64,000 nt of DNA from Octopus sinensis. Its lineage: Eukaryota. Location: contig NC_043005.1 in assembly GCF_006345805.1 (NCBI RefSeq), positions 33,480,001-33,544,000 of the forward strand, in the 5' to 3' direction. Of this stretch, positions 49,765 to 62,030 are shown piece by piece. A program made the position numbers and the translations under genes. Numbering within the stretch: position 1 is the stretch's first letter; each line of letters opens with the position of its first letter. The notes beneath the pieces are model-generated. The model did not search any database. It was not told the origin of the DNA and was given only the letters and a program-made list of their open reading frames with translations.

Positions 49765-50280
49765 CAATGGTGGTGCGGTTAAGAAGTTTGCTTCCTAACC
49801 ACATGGCTTGGGATCCAGTCCCACTGCATGGTACCTTGGGAAAGTAGCTTCTATTATAGTCCTGAACTGACCAAAAACTTGTGAGTGGATCTGGTAGAAA
49901 AAAACTGGAAGAAGCTCGCTGTATATGTACATGTGTGTGTGTGTGTGTGTTGGTGTCTCCTTGTGTTGATATGGTGTGAAAGCTGTAAACGAGTGTCACT
50001 GTCATACAAGCAGTGTAATTCATTTGTAATATTGTGCAAGAATACATCTGGCTAAAAGAAAATATTACCTTGCTTGGAAGCAGTTAAGGGTTGGTGACAG
50101 GAGAGACATCTGGCTGTAGTAGATCTGCTTCAACAAATTCCTTTAGACCCATGCATGGATGGGAAAGTTGATATCAAATGATGACGATAACAACGAGGAT
50201 GATGATGACAACAACAACAACGAAGATGATGACGACGATGATGATGATGGTAATGATGATGGCAATGGTGATGACAATAC
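49765..50280 (+). mobile_element. SINE joined to an RTE-type tail with an expanded (GAT/GAC/AAC)n tract
   Basis: SINE head at ~49765; ggttggtgacaggagagacatctggctgta..cccatgcatggatgg..gatgatgac tail. Confidence 0.65.
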
Positions 50281-52107
50281 ATTTGCCTTACACTGTAATT
50301 TCATCCTGAAGACTTTTAAATTACATGTCACAAGATTTCTACATTACTTACCAGGCAAACCACTTTTTTAGTTAAAGAACACTTAAGTACTTGTGTGTTT
50401 TGAACTTGCAGAAGGAAATGCAGATATTCATAATTCTGTTCCTAGAAACAAATGAAGGATACATCACTCAAAATAAAATAAAAATGAATACATAAACAAA
50501 GGGAACGAAGCTCTTTATTAAGATTGGTTGACATTATTAGCTAACACAAGACAACTGATGTTTCATTGGCAGGAAATAAAAAATGAATTGGTTTAACAAT
50601 AAGAAATCTAATTGGACTTTCTCATTCAGGAACATCCACTTGGAAATAAGGATAGGTACCACTTCTATTCCTTATCAGCTGAATTGTGCTTTCATACATA
50701 AAAACATTAAAATGCTTTCATGCCTACTTGTAAAGGAAGACTGTGTGTGTGCAAGTGCATGTGTGTGTGTGTGTGTGTGTGTATGTACTCATTTGTGTAT
50801 GCACTCATGTGTGTGTGTGTGGTCTCTTCAGTCTATTGATAATTAATATTTGAGGGCAACAAATGAGCTTCTATATTTGACTTACTGGAAACAACAGTTG
50901 TATCTCCATCAAATCATATTCTACTATTTTAAAACAAAAGAACTCAGTAAATAATGTCATCCCTCACAGCCTCCTAAAATGGCCAACAATAAATATCTGG
51001 CAGATTATGCTTACCTTATTTCTTTCCCGCCTTCACACATTCTCTGTATTTAACGTTATGCTTCACACCTCATATACAAACATCTTAAAATTTACCCTTC
51101 ACTCATACCCTTACTAGTAAAGTTCTTTAAACTTCTTTCATTATCTAGCCACTCTGACTTTGAAACACCCACATTTATTGTCAATTAGATGACTCAGGTA
51201 ACAAAGGCTACCAGCTGCAACTGGGGAACCTGCTAGACATTTCAAAAAATTTATTCCACATGTGCTCTTTCTGTTTATTATTTTTGTGAATTTTCTACTT
51301 ACAAAATCCTTCTATGTAATGAGATGTGCCTCAATGAAAATCGTCTGACCCATGCAAGCATGGAAATGTGAACGTTAAAACGATGATGCTTGTTGATGAT
51401 ATAGGGGTGTACTTATTAAGATTATAAAAGAATAACAGCGTGAGATTTGGTTGGCATTTCTAGCAGGTTAAGCAAATGCATAGAGACTCCCTTCTAAAGT
51501 ATTAATCATTTAATAATTTACAAATTATTTAACAAACTGGATTTACTTTCTTCGTTTCAGCCAAGGTAAAATATCAACCAAAACACCACTCCCGTGTACA
51601 GCTGAATGGATAACATAAAAAAAAACATTTAGAAATAAACTCTTGAGAGAAAAATATTTAAAACAAAATAAGGCCAGTTACATCTATATTATTAGATTTA
51701 GCTGGTTTTATTGTGTTATAAATATTTTTTAGCTAAACTAAAGCAGTATTTATGGAACTATCTACCATGTATTCCCTATCATTTGAGGTTGACAATAAAC
51801 ATTTAAATTAATGTCTTTATTATTTTATAAACCCTCTAAGCATTTAGTAGCTTCGTGTGTTGGCCAGCATTTCTGCATTCAGTACTCTACATCATGGGGC
51901 TGGTGCACTTTAGATCCATGACTGGATCGATAAATAATACAATTCTATAAATATTTACTTTTTCTTTTCCTAAATTAACTCTGTACCCGTTAAAACAAAA
52001 GTTTTTCGTTTATTGAACTGAAATGATGTCGGTACAAGGAATAACATAGTTATCTCCCTTACATTATATTTTAAAATATTTTCTGTACGATATTTTTTTT
52101 TATATAT

Positions 52108-52520
52108 AACTAGCAGTATCGCCCGGCGTTGCTCGGATTTGTAAGGGAAATAACTATATAAGCATTTTTAGAGATGTAAAAAGTATAATAGCCATCTCAA
52201 TATGGCTAATCACAAAGGTGTGTGTGTGGGGGGGTGTTACTGTAGCTTTTTACGTTCTGAGATTTAATAATAAATTTTTAGAGAGTTACTTCCCTTATAT
52301 ATGCCACAAATGCATTAAAAAATGGGAAAAATTGATGGTAATTTTTTTTTTTAATCGTAGACTCATCGTAGACGCGCGCTAATACCCAGCAGGGCTCGAT
52401 ATGAATCACGACTATAAGATAGCCGGTTTTGGTTAAACTGCACTGCAAAATGTGGGAGTAGTTAGGAATCTAAATCGTAGGAGACAGAGAGCACACAACC
52501 TCACTTTTATATATAAAGAT
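52108..52520 (+). mobile_element. Non-autonomous Helitron/Helentron-like element (same family as 27449)
   Basis: ACTAGCAGTATCGCCCGGCGTTGCTCGG start; shared aatcgtagactcatcg.agacgcgc and gggagtagttaggaatctaaatcg; ends ttttatatataaagat. Confidence 0.65.
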
Positions 52521-52925
52521 AATGAAATTATTGTGTATAGTGCTTGGGTGCAATACATGTATAGTACATAGAATTAAGTACAAAAGCTAAGAAAATGAAC
52601 AGTGTATGAGTCATGATATACATGTGTGCATGCGTATGGAGGTGGGGATATCAAATGTAGTGCTGGCGAATTTCAGGAAGCATGAAGGTTTTAAAGGATG
52701 CAATGTCTTGGCAACTAACAACTGATGCAGGTAGTTTGTTCCATGCTTCAGCAACTCTGAGTGCGAAAAAAATTATTCCGAAAGTCATGAGAGATGTGCT
52801 GTTCACTGACTTTGTAAGCATGCCCGCGTGTTTTAGACACAGAGTTCAAAAAGGGGGCTCAAGGTGGTTGTTGGCACGATGGTTAACAATTTCGTGGGTG
52901 TTAACCAAGTCAGTTGCCAGCTTCT
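52520..52925 (-). mobile_element. CR1 LINE extreme 3' fragment
   Basis: Homologous to 54495-54900 (aatgaaattattgt..ggatgca.tg..caactaacaactgatgc.gg.agtttgttccatgcttcagcaactct). Confidence 0.85.
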
Positions 52926-54494
52926 TTCAAAATGAGCTTCTATTTAGTATTAAAGAATAAATTTATGACTGTTTATAAATATTCATAGTTTTAATTCCAC
53001 CTTAGAATCGATTTACCTAAATCTTTGATTCTTTTGAGAAAAAGAGGAAAATCACAGAGGCCAACTTTGCCTGTCATCTTTCCAAGGTTGATAAAACGAA
53101 GTACTTATCAAAGAATAAGGTTGACACAGCGTTCTTGAAGCAAAAAAGATGGTCTAGAATCCCAAATGATTCATCTTAGTGTTTCCTATTTGTGCTTTAA
53201 GAATAGATAAGGGTTTAGCTTTCTTAGGCTACAGTATTCTTGAGATGAGGAACAATCATAGAATATTTACTTTGGAAGGAAAAAATGATGGGACAGTATC
53301 ACACAAATCTTATAATTAACAGGTTATAGAAAAATGATTTCAAATTTTGGCACAAGGCCAGTAATTTTGGGGGGAGTGGCTAAGTAGATTACATTGACAC
53401 CAATGTTTGACTGGTACTTACTTTATTGACCCTGAAAGGATGAAAAGCTAAGTTGACCTCAGTGGCATTTGAATTCAGAATGTAAAGTCAGAAGAAATGC
53501 CACAGTAACAATACTGCCAGCTTGCTGTCTTTAGGATATAGAATAATATTACACATCGTATAGAATAACATCACACAGGGTATAGAATAATATCACATAC
53601 ATTAATAGGATATAGAATGATATCACACACTCTCGGAGTGGTTGGTGTTAGGAGGGTATCCAACCATAGAAACCATGCCAAATGAGACTGGAGTCTGGTG
53701 CTGTTCCTCAGCTTACCAGCTTATGTCAAACCATCCAACCCATGCCAGCATAGACAACAGATGTTAAATGATGATGATGACGATGACATTAATAGGATAT
53801 AGAATGATATCATGCACATGAACAGGATATAAAATAATATCACACATGTTAACAGGATGAGACAAAACATCACATACAATGCAGAACATAGAATGACATC
53901 ACACACAGGATGTATGACACATCAGTCATTGAGTCCACTACAAGTTGTAATTGTTGGAAGAGGCCATATTGTGTAGATTTATAATCAAATGCATTCTAGC
54001 TATGACCATCCTATCTGTCTAGGAACTAAATACTCTTATGTGACCTACATATTTTTTTTTGGGGGGGGGTATAATTTAAAGGAGACTTAATTACAATTTC
54101 TAGCAGATTGACTGACCACTTAGAAGCTCTTTCATGGTTTGATAACTGGACTTATAAAATTTTAGTTATTAATTTAGTATTCCAACAGATAATGTTCAGT
54201 TCAATAATAGCATTTACCTTTTATTCCTTGGGTAAGAATTCCATATCCTCACCATTCTTACAGAAGACACAAAATCAAGTCACTTTTGACGTATGTTCTG
54301 ATCATGCAAGTAACTACCATACAACTACACAAATGGTAAATTTCCTTTATAATTATTCCCTTCTTGCAGCCCCTTCATATAATATAGTTGTTACATATTT
54401 TCAAGTCTAATAACAGCACATTCAGAAGTAAAATTGAAAGCAGGTTAAAGTTGTATTTTATATTGAGATCATTTCAGCTTTCTTGTTTAAAATA

Positions 54495-55300
54495 ATAATA
54501 ATGAAATTATTGTATACAGTGCTCAGGTGCACCACAACTTGTCAGAAAGTGCGTATAAAGTATATGCAGTAATGTACAAATGTCTGGAAAGCGAACAATG
54601 TATGAGTCAGATACATGCTTGTGTGTGTATGGAGGGGAGAAAATCAGGTTGGCGAATCTCAAAAAGCATGGAAGTTTTGAAGGATGCAGTGCTCCGACAA
54701 CTAACAACTGATGCCGGCAGTTTGTTCCATGCTTCAGCAACTCTCAGCGTGAAAAAATGTTTCCGAAAGTCATGGGAGCTGTGCTGTTTTCTGACTTTGT
54801 AAGTATGTCCACGGGTGTTAGATGGGTGGAGTTTGAAAAGGTGCTCAGAATTATTGTTTGTAAAATGGTTAATAATTTTATGGGTGTCTGCCAAGTCAGC
54901 TGCCAGATGTCGGAGTTTCAATGTGTCCATGCCCAGAGAAGTAAGGCGTTCAGAATATGGCAAATGCCTGATGGGGGGTATTCTTTTGGTTGCACGTCAC
55001 TGAACAGCTTCCAGACGATTAATATCCTGGGCAAGATAGGGGTTCCAGACCGGTGATGCAAATTCCAGGTGAGGTCTTACATAGCTATATAAAGCCACAG
55101 ATAGATAGCTGGAGAGCGGCTCACAAAGGACTTGGTGAGTGATGCCAAGACACCCTCAGCCTTTTTGGCAATTTTAGCGATGTGTTTTGTCCAACACAAA
55201 TCGCTGTCAACAATAACACCCAGGTCACATTCACACGAAGACTTTTTGATTAATATTAATACCACAGTAGTAGGATTCAAATGATAGCACACTTGGTCAC
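54495..55300 (-). mobile_element. CR1 LINE 3' fragment with (ATT)n tail
   Basis: ECDLGVIVDSDLCWTKHI, RPHLEFASPVWNPY and PYSERLTSLGMDTLKLR..TRGH..FFTLRVAEAWNKLP. Confidence 0.92.
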
Positions 55301-55439
55301 AGAAACTAATACCAATGGAATTTACTGAAATGAAACTGCAGAGTCATTTTAACCACTTGGTCCTAATCTTCTTTAGGAAGTTCTGATACTTTAGAATAAA
55401 AAACACATGTTTTAAGTCCTAAATTTTTGGACAATTATT

Positions 55440-55600
55440 CCCAACCAGCGGGAGACCTAAGGGTGGACAAAGAATGAGATGTTTAGATAATATCCATATT
55501 CTCAGTTGGCCATACTTGGGAATCCCATCAGAAAGTCTAATCACCGTTGCTTCTGTTGGGTTGTTGGGACTCTATCCCTACAACTCATCCAGGAATAGTA
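55440..55600 (+). mobile_element. RTE-clade (Expander/Rex3-like) C-terminal fragment
   Basis: GRPKGGQRMRCLDNIHILSWPYLGIPSESL resembles RPRGRPRTRWxDxxxxLAWxRLGxPxEEL. Confidence 0.5.
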
Positions 55601-56439
55601 AGTAGAGAAAATGAATGATTGAATGAAGTCCTAACAATAAAATAGAACGGTCTTCTTTGTTTTTAATAGAGGTGAGATTGATGTACTTGATACTCAGTTT
55701 AAACATCTGTAAATTAATGCATGTAGGGAAAATATCAAAACATTGACCAAATGGTTCTTTGATCAGCTACCTCTGTGCCATTAGATGAAACATAAGATAT
55801 AGGTGTACAATATGAAACATCAATGTTCCATATTGTGTAAAATAGCATTGTATTGTATTCCAGGAAGAAGTATTTAACTCATGTTTACTTAGAGCCCTTA
55901 ACTGTGCAATGTTAAGGTACAATCTTGTCCTTAGTTGTATTAAACTGATAAAGAACTGATGAGAAATTACTAGAACGGAGCTAAAGGTTTACTAAAACTG
56001 TCTGGAATTCTCAACAACAATCACTCAAATAGGTTTTGAAGAAATGAAAATGTCCATTAACCTTTAAGGGAGATTTTTGTCTACTTTAGCATATTAGAAT
56101 GCTCTTCCAATTAATTTTATCCATACAACATCTAATGTCCAAGTGGCTAAAAAGTGTCAGTAAAAGGGCACCCAGGAGTCATGACCTGGATGCGGCCCAG
56201 TCTAGCCCCCTTAAAGTGTAAGAAACTATGCATAAAACACTTGTCTGAGTGGGGTTTTTTCTCTGAAGATCTTCTACTGTTCAGCTCTTCTGAAACAAAT
56301 ATTACTTAGAAGTAAACCTTGACATAATTTCTTCATCCTGTTATGTGGTGTAAACATGACTATTTCTTCAGTGCTACAAACTCATCAATTTGTTTTTAAG
56401 CAGATATAACAGTGCTCAACAATTTACTAACTATTTTAT

Positions 56440-56638
56440 TACTATTCCACAGTTGAGAAACACTGCTTATATTTTGATCAATTAAAAAAAAATTAGTAAA
56501 GTATCTGTCATTATTAAACTAGTACTTAGGACATAACATGAAATTTTAATGGAAGGTTTTAATTTAGATCAGTTTAGAAAGGAAGTCTGTATCATAGGTC
56601 CAGGGGCAGTCTAAGATAGGTTGGCATCAAAAGGGTTA
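56440..56638 (-). mobile_element. piggyBac-like MITE, same family as 735-939
   Basis: Ends ggttggcatcaaaagggtta; shared internal motif. Confidence 0.45.
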
Positions 56639-57784
56639 TTTTTTTCATCTCAGCAAAAAGCACAAGTCCTTGTGGTTAGACAACTGGACTCTTGATCATA
56701 AGACTGTGGGTTCAATTCTCAGTTTGGGAGGTTTGTAATATTTTTGAGCAAGAAAACTTTACATCATGTTGTTCCTGTTCACTCAGCCTGTAAAAGAATG
56801 ATAGAGCACCCAGTCAATGCCAGTTATTTGGTACAGCATCATTAACAAGTTAGTGATATGACCAAACACCTTCAAGTACAGGAAAGGGGACGCTTAGCAG
56901 TGGACTTCTACTTCTTGTCATTATCATTTTCCCCTTTCTCTTAGACAATAATGGATGATACAAATGCTACAAAACCTACCTCAAACTTCTATGAATTCAA
57001 ATTGAATTTTTATCAATTTGGGCATTTCAAAAAAATAATATCAGCAACAGTAATATAAAGCATTTGATATAATTAATGATAGATTCCTCTATCAATCACA
57101 TAAAATCTCTTGTGATTAATCAAAAGAAATCATTTATTGTCCTTTATTTGACTGAGAAATATACTTTGCACTTATCTAGAGTTTGGTGCCACAAAAATTA
57201 TTCAATCAATTATCTTTATTGGATGGTTGTTGATGTTGTTATTCTGGCAGTAAAGTAGGAATGATCTGTCTTTGACAGCGGCAAGTTATTCTCAATTCCA
57301 TCCAGTGATGTACACTTGGATGTATGGCTAAGAAGTTAACTTTGCAGCCGTGTGGTTCCAGGTCTGATTCCCCTGTGAATGCAGGAGCACCTTGAACAAG
57401 GGTCTTCTGCTCTAACTTTAGAATTTGGTAGATAGTAGCTGCATGCATGTGTTTGTGTACATGCATGTATATATGTATATGTATTCAATAATCTAAGCCT
57501 TAAAGAGACAAGCTTCTTTCTGTTAGATGCCTGCAAAACTTTAAGTTGCACAGACCTGAAAGCAGCAAGCTAGCAGAAACATTAGCATGCCAGGCGAAAT
57601 GCTTAGCGGTATGCATGGGCGGCTGCTGGTCTTTCATAAACAACCTTCTGAGTTCAAATTCCTCCAAGGCCAACTTTACTTTCATTCTTTCAGGGTTGAT
57701 AAATTAAGTACCAGTTGTGTACTGAAGTCAATCTAATCAACTGGCCTCCTCCCCCAAAATTTCAGAATATAAAAAGAATATATA

Positions 57785-58022
57785 TCATCATCATCATTTA
57801 GCGTCCGCTTTCCATGCTAGCATGGGTTGGACAGTTCAACTGGGGTCTGGGAAGCCAGAGGCTGCACCAGGCCCAGTCTGATTTGGCAATATTTCTACAG
57901 CTGGATGCCCTTCCTAACGCCAACCACTTCAAGAGTGTAGTGGGTGCTTTTTATGTGCCAGACGAAGCTGGCAAACGGCCACAATCGGATGGTGCTTTTT
58001 ACGTGCCACCGGCACGGAGGCC
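57785..58022 (-). mobile_element. RTE-tailed non-autonomous retroelement
   Basis: Aligns with 40190-40400. Confidence 0.85.
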
Positions 58023-59819
58023 AGGATATAATAATATAGGGTAAGATTATTAAGAATAATAATTTTACCAAATAGTCAGTACATTAAAAAACCTTTTAGG
58101 TAAATTATACGAAATATTCTATGATTATAAACATAATTATAATAAGGGGTCAGCTAAGTGCCTCACCATGTACTGAATTAGAAATAGATGCTAATGTCTT
58201 TCCAACTACATTCAAAAGTGTGTTATTTTCTAAGAGATTCAATGGTAGTTGAAAAGACATTCAGTATGTGGAGCGGCAATTAGCTACCCCCTTATTATAA
58301 TTATAGAATATTTTACATATATATATATGTACATATGTAAGTATGAATGTTTTACATATTTTTTTCAAAGCCAGAACACACACATACTACAGAAAAGTCA
58401 GCTATCAACATCTTTTCTGCAGAGATTTCCAGAAGAAGAATCTTTAATCGTGAAATATTGAAATACCAAGTAAAAGTACTAACCATCAAATTATATTATT
58501 AATTTTTTATAACTTTGTTTTGACTTTAAAAAAATATATTTAAAACATTCATATATATCAGAGGAAAACTATACTTGCTCTACTATATATATATATATTA
58601 TATAAAATCTGTTCTGTCTGTGTGTCTTCTAGGATCTTGGGGATCCTCCATCTGATTGCGCTCAAATTTGATATGTAGATACTGATGGTATCAGGGCGTG
58701 TGTAAGTCTTGAAAAAATTACAAAAACCGAAGGAGAGGCCTATGGAACAGTCGGACAAGTTGTTTCGAGAAAATTTGGTTTAAATGTTTGACAACTCAGC
58801 ACCATCCATTGGACGGAAGTGGGGGGGAGGCATTTTGCTCGTATGTGTGTGTGTGTGATGGCACAAGGGTCAGTGGTTAGAGTGATGTGAAGACACATGA
58901 CTCTATAATTAGAGTGCTGGGCTCACAATCATAAGGTGATGAGTTTGATTCCTGGACCAGGTTGTATTGTATTCTTGAGCAAGAGACTTTATTTCACATT
59001 ACTCCAGTTCGCTTGGCTGCAGAAATGAGTTGCAACATCACTGGTGAAATAAAGTGTCTTGTTCAAGAACACAACACGCAGCCCGGTCCGGGAATTGAAC
59101 TCACAACCTCACGATTGTAAGCTTGACACTCTAACCACTGAGCGATGCGCCTTCACAAAATATAAATGCGCCCTTTTAAAGCCTAGCCAAGCTTATGGGC
59201 CCAGTTTCCCGGTTTCAATGGTGTATGTGTTCCCCAGCTGGATGGTGCCAACCTGTATCAGTCTTTGCCTTTCCTTTGGATAACATTGGTAGCACGGAGA
59301 GGGAAGGCTGGTATGCATGGGCAACTGCTGGTCTTCCATAAACAACCTTGCCTGGACTTGTGCCTCAGAGGATAACTTTCTAAGTTGCAATCCCATGGTC
59401 ATTCATGACAGAAGGAGATCCTTTCTCTCTATATATATATGTTCTTTTGGTCCTGAGGCTGTATTCTGCTCATTAGTTATTTCATCTTTGTCATTCGTCC
59501 ATCATCTTAAAATACATTTATCCACTTTCTTAAGTCCACTTCTGTATCACTTGTCATCCATGTATTGCTTGCTCTTGGCTCTATATTCCCGCAACTTTCA
59601 CAGGCATTACCAACATGGGAAACATCTCAGTCTTATCATTAATGGTGTGTAACTGAGTAATACCATCTGGTTGATAACTGATGAAGAGTTGGGGACTTTT
59701 TGTGTCTGTCATCCATCCGTTTGTGCACTCAGTGTACATTGTTTTTTGCTTTTTGTTTGTGTATTTGCTATACACTTTTTCATTTGTTATATGTGTGTAT
59801 GTATATAAATGTGTATATA

Positions 59820-60060
59820 TATCATCATCGTTTAACGTCCGCTTTCCATGCTAGCATGGGTTGGACGATTTTGACTGAGGGCTGGCGAGCCAGATGGCTG
59901 CACCAGACTCCAATCTTGATCTGGCAGAGTTCTACAGCTGGATGCCCTTCCTAACACCAACCACTCCAAGAGTGTAGTGGGTGCTATTTACGTGCCACCG
60001 GCAAGGGGGCCAGTCAGGCAGCACTGGCAACGACCTCGCTCGAATCTTTTTACACGTGCC
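59820..60060 (-). mobile_element. RTE-tailed non-autonomous retroelement
   Basis: atcatcatcgtttaacgtccgctttccatgctagcatgggttggacg..ggatgcccttcctaac. Confidence 0.85.
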
Positions 60061-60211
60061 AGTGAAGCAACATTGGTAACGATTACAAAGTGAAATATTA
60101 CTTTGCTAGGAAATAGGTGATGGTTGGCAACAAGGACATCTGAATGTAGAAAATATGTCTCAAGAATTCTGTTTGACACATGGATATTAAATGATGATGA
60201 TAATGATATAT

Positions 60212-60420
60212 ATGAGGGAGTGCTGAAAAGTTCCTGGCTTTGGTTAAAAGGAAATACAGGAGGATCAGTTAATGCAACATAATTCCCTCTTGGATTCACA
60301 CACTTATTGTAGCAGTCCTTCAGTTTTTCTAAGCCCTGTAAAAGAAGTCAGAAGGTTGGGTCTCCAACCAGGCCTTTCATGATACCCTCAAAACCCAGAA
60401 ACTTTTCACAACCCCTCATA
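60212..60420. mobile_element. Mariner-type MITE (~210 bp)
   Basis: TIRs TATGAGGGAGTGCTGAAAAGTTCCTGG and CCAGAAACTTTTCACAACCCCTCATA with TA flanks. Confidence 0.75.
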
Positions 60421-61623
60421 TATATACACACAAAGTTATGTTGAAAAGTTCCTGGCTTTAAGGGTATAGATTTCCTTGTCAGTATTGTTGCTGTCAGACA
60501 TCCAGTGTACCACTGACTGGCTCTTAATGCTGACTCTAACCACATTGTTTTACAAATTTCAATATAAAATATAAACCCAACGTACTTTTCATATATGTTC
60601 ACTGTAGGCTGTAATTTATGACAAAATGAAGATATCAACTTTTGAGCATGTTCTTGTTATAAATCTTACTTGTATGTCACATTTAAAATATTGAAGGACA
60701 CTTTAGGATTTGTAAAGGTCAGTTTTAACCAAACTGGTGGAACCTATTTTCCTAGAAAGTTCTGCGAATAAGAAACAAATCTTTCTATCAAGACATAACA
60801 CAATTACAATCCCTCTCGATTCTACATTGACCAATGGTATAGGTGGCTGCAATTGAAAGCTCTACCTTATAAATCATGTTTTTCAATGGCACAAGCAGGA
60901 GCAACAATGGAAGTCTCATGGATTTGAGCTTTCTCAAGTCTGTTAGTTTCAAAAAACTCAGGCAACACTCTGTATTTGAAAAGGTTAACCAAATAATAAA
61001 TAAACAATATTTTCCAAGTGAAATGTTAAACAATGCAACTCTTTTGATCTTTTAATGTCATAAATTCAGTTTTAGTAGCAGAGTGGCTGAAAAGTTAAAG
61101 GTTTTGTACGACTGATGGCTCCATAATAATCTAGCATTGAAGTCTCGCTTACATCTATTCTGCCACACCCAACCAATAATTTGATGTCTATTGGCAGACA
61201 ATTGATACACCGCCATTAGATCACAAAATTACTTGCAACATTTAGCCATATTCTATTAAATTTATTATAATATTTAGCTTTGTCTCACTACAATCTGAGT
61301 TCTAATCCTGTTTGAGGTCAACTTAGCCTTTTATCCTTTTAGACATATAAAACAAATAACAATAATATACTTGGGTATAACTAAATCAACTGAATTTCAA
61401 CCAATCTTTAGATGGTGGAAAAACAAATGTATGAAAATATTTTGTCCCATAATGAATGAAATGGCTGTGGACAAATGGCCAATGTAGCTGATAGTTTATA
61501 AATTTACAGAGAATGCAGTTGAGATAAGAGACACAGCTCTAACAATAGGTGAACTATTGTATATTTAAAGGTTACTAAATCTTAATGTTTTCTAACACAG
61601 AAGTGTTCATCTATGTATTAGGC

Positions 61624-62030
61624 ACTTACACTCTACTTAGGAGAGTGCAGGTCAGGTGGGCAGGCAACCTTGTTTGAAAGCCTGATACATGACTACCCAA
61701 AAGACTGTTTTACAGTGAACTGGCAGAAGGCAAGCACACACAAGGTAGGCAGAAAAACCACTTCAAAGATACATTCAAAGCCTCACTGAAGTGTTTTCAG
61801 ATCAACCCCAACACCTAATCAATGCAAGCACAGGACTGCCCTGCCTGGCATAGCTGTACCAATAGAGGTGCCATCTCCTACAAACAGAATAGGATAGCAG
61901 GAGCACAAAGAAAACATGAACTGCACAAGCCCAGAGACAACTCATTGCCTTCATTCCCAGCAGACCACCAGTGCCTGACTTGTGGCAGAACCTTCTGAGT
62001 ACACATCAGTCTGATTGACTACAGATAGAC
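61624..62030 (+). mobile_element. RTE-clade LINE C-terminal fragment with C2H2-like finger
   Basis: Single frame QVRWAGNLV*KPDT*LPKRLFYSELAEGKHTQGRQKNHFKDTFKASLK..CLTCGRTF*VHISLI. Confidence 0.85.

Larger units (their letters stand above)
54189..58469 (+). other. Two candidate small coding exons (54189-54231 and 58423-58469) that splice in frame
   Basis: tattccaacAG|..TTGG|GTAAGA and cttttctgcAG|..CAA|GTAAAA; joined translation IMFSSIIAFTFYSLEISRRRIFNREILKYQ. Could be chance. Confidence 0.2.

Noticed and set aside
50159-50371. Asp/Asn-rich ORF
   Set aside because: Expanded (GAT)n tail of an RTE-type element.
56142-56289. Minus-strand frame EELNSRRSSEKKPHSDKCFMHSFLH.. after tttgtttcAG
   Set aside because: No compatible neighbouring exon; the Cys/His spacing is not a C2H2 finger.
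56262-56300. CTGAAGA...GAAAC hammerhead-like spacing
   Set aside because: The intervening sequence cannot form stem II and there is no stem III or NUH triplet.
61624-62030. Assignment to BovB (horizontal-transfer candidate)
   Set aside because: The C-terminus (RLFYSELAEGK, C2H2-like tail) does not match the BovB-type end as I recall it; kept only as a generic RTE-clade fragment.
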